A stretch of 63,915 nt of DNA, filler included. It is 10 parts of 10 records of this genome, joined end to end, with 100 filler letters (N's around TTAATTAATTAA, not from the genome) between each part and the next. Parts side by side here need not be neighbours in the genome. Positions count along the whole stretch, not along the records: positions 38,073 to 51,282 come from SRR7504441_3693; positions 51,383 to 56,118 come from SRR7504441_3696; positions 56,219 to 59,869 come from SRR7504441_3710; 7 more parts are not named here. One strand, given 5' to 3'. The notes under the pieces were generated by a model. The model was given only the letters and a program-made list of their open reading frames with translations. It had not been told where the DNA came from and did no database searches. The stretch's first letter is position 1. Each line of letters starts with the position of its first letter. The position numbers and the translations under genes are program-made. Positions 48,815-58,562 of the stretch are shown piece after piece.

Positions 48815-51153
48815 TCAGTCCAAGTATGCAGCTCGCATCTGCCAAAGAGCCATAACACCCCAGTGTCCGTTGGTATTGTTGCTCCTCTTGATCGTGGTCA
48901 GGTTGCTGTCCAGGTGAATCAGCGGCGCCTCTAAAAAGTCGGTATTGTTTGCATCGGCCCAGACACACGGTGGAATCCCGACGAGATATCCAGCCTCGTC
49001 CATCGGACTGTCACCTGTGCCATACACTGCCTGGTTCCTGCAGATCAACTGGTTGCGATCATTGTCCCAAAGCTCAAGCGACATGCAAGAAGGCGCATGA
49101 CAGTGGGCCGCTGCATACATGAGCTTGAACCAGCCATTGTGCTTCTGGGCGATCCTTGTAGGATCGATGCACGCCCCTGTGCTCACTTGGGCCATGCAGC
49201 CGGACGAGAGCATGTCTCGGCCCTTGAACTTGGACGCAATCTGGTGCACGCAGAGCTCCGGGTCGGTCTTAGGGTTGAGACAATCAGCGGTGGATTTCGG
49301 AACATCGTATTCATTGTTGATCGCCTCAGTCGACCACCAGACCCGGTAAAGATTGGATTGGTTCTTGAACTCCTCAAAGTAAAATCGGTACCGGAGCTGC
49401 CACGAGTCAACTGCCTCAGGCACCTGCTGGTCGGCGTCCAGAAGGAGCGAACCTCCTCCACAGCAGTGCAGGCCGCCCTGGCACAAGGAAAGTAAGTCTC
49501 CAGCTGGCAGGCAGGCGCACACACCTCATACGCACTGATGTTGCAGATTCCGTTGTTCGTGCTGAGCAACTGACTTGTCGGCTCCGGCGCACACACGCCT
49601 CGGTTGAACGGCCCACCACCGATTGTGCCTCCCAGCGAGCTGGCGTCCCGACACATGCAAAGCAGCTCACTGGAGCATTGCGCCTCCGACTCTGAATTGT
49701 TGTTGAAGACCACGTCGCACCTATCCGAAGGAGGAAGGTACGAGCAACCAGCCGGCATTTTGGCCGAGGAGCTGTTCAAGAGCTGGATGGTGGCGTTGCC
49801 ACAGACCTGGCGTGCGGCTGCTAGGCACTCTTGCAGAGTGTTGACCCTGCTTGGGACCGAAGTGGCTCCGATCACGACAGCGGGGCACGACTCCGATTGG
49901 ACGCTGGTGTACCGGTCAACAATCTTCACTTTCCTTGTGGTGCACGGGCACTCGAGAATTCCGGAGTAGTCGGCACCCGGAGGCGCCAGTGAGCGGCGCG
50001 GCAGCAGAGACGCGATGTGTCCAGGGGTTTGCTCTCCGGTGAGCCGCTTGTTGGTGTTGATGATCATAGGCATGTTCACAAAGGCGACCGGGCTGCGCAG
50101 CAGCTGGGCGTAGCCTGCGGCATACCCATGGAAGGACTTCCTGTGCTCATTGCCGTTGCCCTCCGAAAACACCTGGACTGTTGGGACCCTTACTCCAGGT
50201 GTAAACGGCTGCTTGTACCACACGTTGCCGTCGCTCCAAGTGAGTACGGAGCATGTCGGCGCCCCCTCGGCCGGCGAGGTGGAGAATTTACCAGTGACGT
50301 TCAGCCCAGCGTCATCGTGGGCTCGCAAGGTAGCTCCACCTTGTGGAGCGTCGGGACTCGGCGGTGAGATCGTGCCATACCCTTGGTGCCAGCCTCGGCT
50401 CCCGACGCAGCTCGCGGTGAAGTTGGTCGCATTGCTGCCCTCCGCGTGGCTCCACACCGTGCGGCCCGCCAGCTGGATCTTCTGATAAGCGGACTTGGGT
50501 GCACCGCACACCGGGCAGACCCAGCTCGCGGGCAGCTGCTCAAACGGCACCCCGTTCCCATCCTTGTGCTGGTCGTACACGTGATTGCAGTGCGAGCACT
50601 GGTACTCGCCCTCGTTCGGGCCCGGCCGGTCAGCGCTAATGTTGACGGAGATCCCGTTGACTGGATTCAGCCAGAGGCCCCGTATGTCGCACATTCGGTC
50701 GGTCTGCGCGTCGGCCTGTGCCGGGCGCCAGCCGGGGAGCCGGCCGCCGTGCGTTCCTCGCAGGCCGGCGCCTTGGACTGGAACAACGTCCTTTCCGTGC
50801 ATGAAGCCGGAGAAGTGATGATTGTATTGCTCGTAGCATGGGATCGAGTGGAAGCTGCCGTTGGCGGAACGCCGGACGATGTCGACCTCGTACCCGGTGA
50901 TCGCCATTACCTTGCCGTCGAACCGATCCACTATCGCCTGTGGGAGCGGCGAGCTTTGCTGGGCCCACCACACCTCAGAGTAGCGCGAGGTGGTCAGCGG
51001 GCCGTTCAGCTCAAAGTACTCGCCCTGGAACTCCGCCTGACGGCCGGGCCGGGCCGGGTTGGCCACGGTGTACTCGCTGTTCATGTTGGGCGCCGCGCCC
51101 ACCCCGGCGGCCAGGATGGCCAGAGCCAAGAAAGGACATTGCCTGAAGGACAT
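48815..51153 (-). CDS. Secreted SURNod19-like / Cu-monooxygenase-like protein with inserted rubredoxin domain
   Basis: Signal peptide MSFRQCPFLALAILAAGVGA. Motifs MAITGYEVDIV...EQYNHHF; YAAAHCHAP...LICRNQAVYG...DEAGYLVGIPPC...HWGVMALW. Rubredoxin YQCSHCNHVYD...PFEQLPASWVCPVCGAPKSAY. One 47-nt intron near 49479-49525. Confidence 0.8.
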
Positions 51154-51722
51154 TTCAGTGAGAGCAACCTGATGAAGGTCCGTTAAACTCAAGGGTCTGA
51201 TTGAGAGCAACAAAGATAGACTACGTATGGACACCGCAAAAAGCACAGAAGATCGTGAAAGCTATGATTGAGAAGGACTTCANNNNNNNNNNNNNNNNNN
51301 NNNNNNNNNNNNNNNNNNNNNNNNNNTTAATTAATTAANNNNNNNNNNNNNNNNNNNNNNNNNNNNNNNNNNNNNNNNNNNNTCACCTTTGTTAGCGCCC
51401 GCCTCGATTCCGACCCTAAAAGTATAGTGTTTCGACCGCCAAGCTGGCCACAGTCCCAAGCACGTTAGGAGCCGCTTAGATTTGAAGCAGAGTAACAGGC
51501 TGACTATCTCTGCACCCGTGAGCATTACGTGTAAGCGGCCACGAAGTGGCCTCACCAAAGCGCTGACGTGGTCCCACATAACCTTCAGTTCACAATCACG
51601 TATATTAAAAGTCGTAGACCTAAATTGAACGATTACATACTAGCTAGCTGCTTGGCAGTACTTTCTAATGTTATAGCTTGACAACGGTTTCATGGATGAA
51701 AAACAACTGTACTATACGTGTA

Positions 51723-53919
51723 CTAGCTGTGCTTGGCCGCTTTGCCGCCAAAAAACCTCCGAATGTCATGCGACACCGGTAGCGCCCTCTTGCTCCCCAC
51801 CGGCGGCTCGGTCGCCGCCACCGGCAGCAGCGGCCTCAGCTTGGGCTGTGCGCTCACCGCCTTGACAGCTTTAGTGTAAACCAGCTGCCTATAAGCTTTC
51901 ATGTCAAACTTGCCTTCAATTCCTTTACGCGTCATCGATCGGACCGCCCCGAATATAGCCCGCTCGGGGAATGGAGTGTCGTGATGCCCGAAACACCTGG
52001 CCAACCGGACTCAACCACGCGAGCAACTGCTAAGCGTGTTATCAATATTTACTACATGCACAGACGGACCAGGCAACCCCCATATAGCCGTTCTCATCCC
52101 GGCCGTCCATTTCGAATTTATCATTCAGCCTGCCAGCACCGCTCAGAACGGCCGTGCCAGCAGCCACCGGACTGCGCACTCGAACGCGGCTGAAGGGTCC
52201 TCAAACCAGCTAATCAACCGTTTGCACCTGCCACAGTCGTCAAGCCTTATATATAGCACATGTATGTGTGATGGCACCAGTACATTCTGAGATAGTTATG
52301 CATGTGGCCCGTAGCCACCATCTCCCACTGCGCCGCATTCCACACCTGTCTCGCCGTCATCACAGCATGGCATAATACAGCCCACGCCTCACTGCTCATC
52401 AACACATGATTTAGATCTACATCACAGCAGTCTACAGCGGGTCCACACCTCGTCATCAGTCTCACCCCGCGCTAGCGACTGCTCACTCCACCACCCTTCC
52501 CTCTGATCACTAACATGCGCTGCCAGCGAGTTCCTCGCCCATTCAGGTACAATCTCGAATCTGTCGTAACACTCCGGGTTGTACCATACCATGTTTCTGG
52601 CAAGCTCCCGCCGGACTATCAGCTCCTCGATGAATGCCCCCCCGCCGCCGGCCGAGCCCGCTGCATGCTGCTCCGCCTTGACGGCTAAGGCCACGTGCAC
52701 CTGTCGGTCGAATCATGCTTGATGATGACACTGTATGACTGGCCACCATATACGCACCAGGCTAATATATATGCCCAAAGTGTGCCTATAGGGATAGCAT
52801 AGCACAGCACAGCATAGCATAGCACAGATGAAGCACCGGACTGATGTGTCCAAAGTGCAGAAACGGCGAGAGCCCAGACCCGTGCGCGTTCTGCACAGCC
52901 CAGCGTCAACGGCCGCCTCCCAGCGGCCGACCGTTGGGTCGTTGCTCTTCCCCGTCGCATAATCCCACAGCCCGCCTCGCGATGTCACCGGCAGCAGCCC
53001 GCCCGCTCCGCTCCGACTGACGAATGAAGCTAAGTGCTCCAAAGCGGCCGGCTCACCGCCTCGCCACCCAGCCACCGGCGGCACAGTGCAGTCCAGCCCT
53101 AGCGGCTCCAGCTGCCCGAGCATGCCCGGGGTATCTGTCAGCTCTAGCTGGGGCGTGTCGCTTAACGCTTCAGCCACTGTGTCGGCGGAGCTAGCCAGTA
53201 ACGGAGTGAGATTGCTGGATGGTCGGAGCATCCGCGCTAGGTGCCGATGGATTTTAGGCCGCAGAGCCTTGGCGGAGGGCTCGGCCATATTAGAGGCCAA
53301 CTCGACCGGCACTGCCACACCACCTTCGACCTGCCGCCCTTAATCAACGGCAGCCAACGGCTTTCACCTGAATCACTCGACACGTCGCCGCGGCCGCCAC
53401 CGCCGACCTCCAGCTGCGGCACACCCGCGAGTACCCGCAGTCGCAGACCACTGCGGCGGCAAACGGCTCGAGAGCTGCGACCGCCTCGGGGGGCGGCCGG
53501 AGCGCGACGGCCAGGTGAACCCCGCGACTGGAGAGCCCGCGACTCAGGGCCGCGAGCCCGTCCAACAGAAACGCGAACATCCGTTGGTTCGCCCCCGGAA
53601 ATTCCGTTGCCAGGCCGTACACCGCCACCACCGGCAGCCCGAGCCGGTTGGCCGTGAGCACGGCCAGCTCGAGCGCGGGGTTGCAACGGACCCTCACGTC
53701 CTGCTGCACCCACAACAGCACGAACCTGCCGTCCTGCCGCTCCGAGGCGTTGTTCAGCTCCCGAAGCCGCTCCGACTCGGGCGGGGCGGCCCCGGGCCGG
53801 TTGCCGGCGGCGGAGACTCGGGCGAGCAGGTCCGGCGGTCGGTTGGCGGCCGCGCGTTTGGCCAGCGCCAGCGCCCGCCGCTCGGCGATGGCTGCGGTTT
53901 GGCCGGGGGTGAGCGGCAT
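51723..53919 (-). CDS. PHR: Class II CPD DNA photolyase
   Basis: VLLWVQQDVRVRCNPAL, SGLSPFLHFGHISP, FIEELIVRRELA.NMVWYN, WNAAQWEMVATGHMHNYLRMYW, DGRDENGYMG, ERAIFGAVRSM. Confidence 0.93.
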
Positions 53920-54090
53920 CGACTTGGTCTGGGCCCCCGGGCCGTGGGCTGGCACTGGCACTGCGGTCCGGTCCACCTGCTGGTCAAGGGGTGTTTTGCA
54001 AGGCGGCTTTTTTTATTTGTTTCTGAGGTTTATTTTTGGGAACCTAAAGGGTCTGTTGAGAGCTCTGAGAGATGGCCGCCCTCTGTTGAG

Positions 54091-56118
54091 ATGGCCGCTC
54101 TATTCCGCGGCTGTTCTCGGATGGCCACCGACGCCGGGCTGCTCGCGGGGGTGCGGGCGGGCGAGGTGCACGGCCATCGCGTCCGTTGGTTTCAACCCGG
54201 GGCCAGATCAGCCCGGAGGCCGCCTTCGCCCGGGCGGCCGGCGCAGAGAAGGCGGCGGCGGTGGAGGCGGTGCTGGCCGGAGCGCGGCAGGTGTGCCGGC
54301 CGGGGAGCGGGGGTGAGAGGGGGGCAGGGGGAGGCGCCAGGGCGCCGGTTGGCCGCTGTGCTGGGCGAGCACAAGCCAGTCTACCGGCAGATTCAGGAGG
54401 CGGCTCGCCTCCGGCCCGGCGGGGCGGCAGACCCCCCTGACGAGGAGGTTGACGCCTTCGTACGCGAGTGTCTGGGACTGGGCGGGGAGCACGGCTGCGC
54501 GCCCGAGCCGGCGGCCTGGTGGCGCGACACGGATGCTGTGCTAAAGCGGCTGGGCGAGTCGCGGGCAACCTCGCGACCGTTGGCGGGGCCGGGGGTGCAG
54601 CCCGGCGGGCAGGACGAGGGGTGGGAGGCGGGGCTGGAGCGGCGGATGGTGGAGCAGTTGAACGATTTGCTCACGAGGGGGCGGTCGGAGTGGCAGGAGT
54701 TGGATACAGCGTGTGCAATTCCGGTGGATGTGATGCGGGACGAGCTGCTGCGGTGGGGATCCTCGGGCGGGTGTGTGCTACCTCCGGATAGGGATAAGGA
54801 TAGGGCGAGTCTGGCCTCACTGGGATTGTTATCCCAGCAAGTGATGGCGGATAGGGATAAGGATGTGGCTACTCGAGTGTGTGAGCTGTATATAGAGGAA
54901 TGTGAGAGCCGGAGGGCGGAGCTGTACGAGCAGAGGAGGGTGCAGGCGGATAGAATAGCGGCTGAGCTGATCGAAGAGGAGGAGAAGTCCGAGAAGGGGA
55001 AAAAGGAATCCAAGAAGCGGAAGAAGAAGAAGAAGAAGGCTGCGGACAGGGCCTTAGAGGAGGCTAGGAAAGCAGAGGAGGCCGCGAGGGCGGAGGCTGC
55101 TGAGGAGGAGGCAGCAAGGGCAGAGGCGGCGGTGGTGGCTGAGGAGGAGGAGGCAGCAGCGAGAGCCGAGGCGGCAGAGGAGAGGGCGAGCGCTGTGGCG
55201 GCCGCGCTGCAGGCTGCTGCGGAGGAGGCTGCAGCAAGGGCAGAGGCGGCAGCTGCTGAGGTGTCTAGCAAGACAGCCGAGGCGCCTAATGCGGCCGGCC
55301 ATCTGGCTGAGGGATCCGCGAGCCCCAAAGCGCCACCGGGCGAGCCGAAGCAGCTGCCGGGACGTGAAGACAACCCGGTGTTTGGGAGACGCTGGGGTGG
55401 GACTGACAGGAGAGCGCAGGTGGAGAGTACTGTGGTCGAGGGTGAGTTGGCTGCTGAGTCGGAGCGGCTGCAGGCGGAGGTGGGGGTCGGGAGCGCTTGT
55501 AGGGCTGATGGAGGAGGGTGTAGGTGGAGCGGCTGAAGGGACAGCTCAAGGAGGCTGAAGCTGGGAGGGAGGAGGCTCAGTACGAGCTGCAGCACCAGCA
55601 TCTCTGGTTCCAGGTCAGGTTGCCTGATTAGGAAGGTGTTACCTGGATTGCCTGATTAGGAAGGTGTTAAGTCGAGGGTGAGCTGCATTCCGTGCCGCTC
55701 TGGTGCTATTGTTCGAGTATATGGAGTCATATCCATTTGTGGAACTGGCTGAATGCTGAGCTTGTGATGCCAGGCGACTCAACACGAGGCTGAGCAAGCG
55801 AAGCAGGCAGCCTCACATAGCTGTTGCTATACCATCTGTCCATCGAGGAGCCTATGCTGAGTTTGCTGATCAGGCTGAGATGGCGAGCTGCCGTGCACTC
55901 GAGGCGTACAGGCGAGAGGCTGAAGCCACGCTCGAGGTCTCACCGCACTCACAACGAGGTTTCAGTTGAGATTTGATGCAGGCGCAGCGGGCGAGGATCA
56001 ACGTGCTCGAGTGCCGGCTGCAGGTGGTTGCCTAATTAGGACAGTGTTAAGCTATGATGTTTCCCGATTAGGAAGGTGTTAAGCTATAGACAGTTGCCTG
56101 ATTAGGGAGGCGCAGGCC
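54091..56118 (+). CDS. Hypothetical coiled-coil protein with Lys-rich NLS-like tract, 3'-truncated
   Basis: Long open frame 54328-55480 with ADRIAAELIEEEE...KKRKKKKKK and EAAARAEAA repeats; further exons run to the contig end. Start is ATG 54091 or 54121. Confidence 0.6.
55620..56108 (+). repeat. Intronic repeat family, consensus TTGCCTGATTAGGAAGGTGTTAA (5 copies)
   Basis: Copies near 55620, 55648, 56028, 56060 and 56094, inside introns 55614-55773 and 56024-56115. Confidence 0.85.
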
Positions 56119-56218
56119 NNNNNNNNNNNNNNNNNNNNNNNNNNNNNNNNNNNNNNNNNNNNTTAATTAATTAANNNNNNNNNNNNNNNNNNNNNNNNNN
56201 NNNNNNNNNNNNNNNNNN

Positions 56219-57178
56219 CTTTTCGGGAAGGTAACAGTCACACCTCCGGCGACACGATCAACGTGAACTCCATCGGACAGCCGGTCTGTTCGTACTTTTC
56301 GAACCCGTACGGACGAACCGTCTCCACTGTGCCGTACTCCTGCCCCACAGCACTCGCTCGGCCGATCAATCGTAGGAGCACGCACGTGAGAGTTGAGTCG
56401 TAGCCACGGCGTCAGCGCGGGCCGCGGGATCGGCTTCCAGTACCCAGCGTCCAGCCGCATCTGCCGCCAGCTCTGCCGGCCCTCTGCATACCCGGCAGCA
56501 CCGCCCCGGACCGCGAGTGTGCCCCAGCCGCCACCCGGTACGGGTCTCCCTCCCTCTCACCGTGATCCTGAACCGCCTGCGACTATCGTGAGACTCTCAG
56601 TCGATCAGCCGGGCACCATCCTGGGCCGGAGGTTGGGTGCCTCTTGCCCGAGCGCCTGCAGGATCGCCAGGTTCATCACCTTTCCCAGCGGCGTCTGCTC
56701 CGCCGGCTTGATCTCCGCAACGGACATCTCCGGTCGACAGGGCTCGGTCTCCTCCCAGGCCGCTTGCTGCACCGGGTAGGCGGCCAGGTCCTCCTCCACA
56801 GCGTGCACGCGGTCGCCGTGCTCCAGCGCCTTCGTCCAGGCCCCCAACGAGGCCGCCTCAGCGCTCGCCTGCGTCGATGGGGCTGCCCCCCGGGGCTCGA
56901 CCGTCGCGCCGGGGGGGCGGGCACCCTCGCGCTGGACGACGACTGCCGTTGCGTCCTCCAGGCTCTTCCGGACTAGACCTGTCCGTCGGTTGGTGGCGGC
57001 GCGGCCGGGCTGCCAAAGCACTGCGAGGGCTCAGCTGAGCGGTCGGGGGGTTGTAGTCGTCGGAGGTGGCGTAGAGTGGGAGCTTGGGTGGGCAGCCGGC
57101 CGATTGCTCGGCCCAGGCCCGGGACGACTGAGCCGGAACCGACCGGTCTGGGCTCGCCCCCACCTCGTCCAGCATCAT
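56219..57178 (-). CDS. Hypothetical protein, 3'-truncated; exon structure uncertain
   Basis: GC-rich overlapping ORFs divergent from the GST gene. The end VHVDRVAGGVTVTFPK is weakly HSP20/CS-like. Confidence 0.35.
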
Positions 57179-57222
57179 CCTCAGGGAGTCTGGGCAGACG
57201 GGATGTCCGTTAAAAGTGCTGA

Positions 57223-58158
57223 ATGGCGGTAGCTGCACCGCCGGTGCGCTTCTACAACGACGCCCGCACCCACAACGGGGCGTGCAAGTGACCGTGGGCC
57301 CACCGGGCCTGGCTGGCGCTGCTCGAGAAGCAGGTCCCGTTCCAGCTCATCCCGGTCCCACTCCACGCCAAGCCTGCATGGTTCGTCCAGCTGTACCGCG
57401 CCACCCATCCGGATCCGACCGCCCGCGCCAAAGTGCCGTTACTAGAGCTCGGCACCCCGGGGCAGCCGGGGTACCTCCGGCTCTGCGAGAGCGAGGTGGT
57501 GGCGCGGTTCGTCGCCGCCCAGTGGCGGCATCAGGGCACACCGCTGCTGCCGAGCGCTCCGGCGGACGAGGCGCGGATGAACTTGTTTGTGCAGACGGTG
57601 ATGGAGGGCATGGCACCGGTCTATTTTAATATAATGGCCGCAAAGTCTCCCGCCAAAGTCGCCCAGCAGCTGCGCAAACTCCTCAACGGACTCGTCAGCG
57701 CGGCCGGCTGCCTCACCAAGCACGGGGGGACGTCATCACCGGGGGGGCCGTTCTTGCTGGGCGAGTACAGCTTGGCCGAAGCGTTAACGACACCGTTCGT
57801 GCTCCGGTTGTCGGTTGTGCTCCCGGTGCACCGCGGTGTCGACCTGCTCGACTGCTGCAAAAGGCTCGGCTTGGACAGGCTTTCGGAGTGGATTCAGGCC
57901 GTGTTGGCCCGGCCCAGCACTAAAGCCACGAGGCCGGCGGACAACTCGCTGCTGGCGATACCGCCGTACCTCCAGCCATTTTTCGAGTATCAGCTACCGG
58001 CCGCGGATGTGGCGGCTGCAATTGAGCAGCTTGGACCGGCGGCCCGGCAGGCAGCGGCAGAGCGGGAGGAGCGGGCGTTCGTGGAGGGGTTGAAGCAAGG
58101 ATCACGGGTGGCCGGGTATGCAGAGGGCCGGATGTCGGTTGACAAGAGCAAGCTTTGA
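57223..58158 (+). CDS. Selenocysteine-containing glutathione S-transferase (omega/lambda/DHAR-like), 311 aa with U23
   Basis: MAVAAPPVRFYNDARTHNGACK-TGA(57289-57291)-PWAHRAWLALLEK...KPAWF...AKVPLLE...LCESEVVARFV...GPFLLGEYSLAE. The TGA aligns with the catalytic Cys of the CP(F/W)A(Q/H)R motif, and a SECIS lies downstream. Confidence 0.92.
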
Positions 58159-58167
58159 GCTTTCCGT

Positions 58168-58286
58168 TGGCGTCGAGAGAGTCGATCGTTTAAATGATAA
58201 ATGACGCTCCGTGCTTAAAATGAGGCTGATCGGGCCTCAGGCGCGGGGCAGAGCCAAATCAAGCAGTCAAACGGCTCGTAGACGCC
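58168..58286 (+). promoter_or_regulatory. Eukaryotic type II SECIS element in the GST 3' UTR
   Basis: ATGAC at 58201; 10-bp helix GCTCCGTGCT / GGCGCGGGGC; unpaired AAAA 58217-58220; mini-helix TGAGGC / GCCTCA; 3' AGAG 58250-58253; outer pairing GGCGTC / GACGCC. Confidence 0.88.
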
Positions 58287-58562
58287 TTAATTAAAGTATG
58301 TCTCTAAAGTATGAGATCTAAAGTATGATCGAATTTGATTCATACTCATGGTTGCGCCATGAGCGTTTGCCGAATGATTGATCAACATAAAACTATACGA
58401 GTATACTTGAAATAAGAGTACTTGCGACATGAATTGGGCACAGCTAGAGGAACTCCAACGGCAGGCTCGGCTCTTCGTCTTCCATCCCGTACAGATCGAA
58501 CTTGCGGTCCATCATATTCAAATCCAACCTGAAATGCCGTTAGAATTACCGTTATAATGCCG

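Noticed and set aside
55620-56108. 23-bp repeats as a CRISPR array
   Set aside because: Irregular spacing, degenerate copies and location inside spliceosomal introns.
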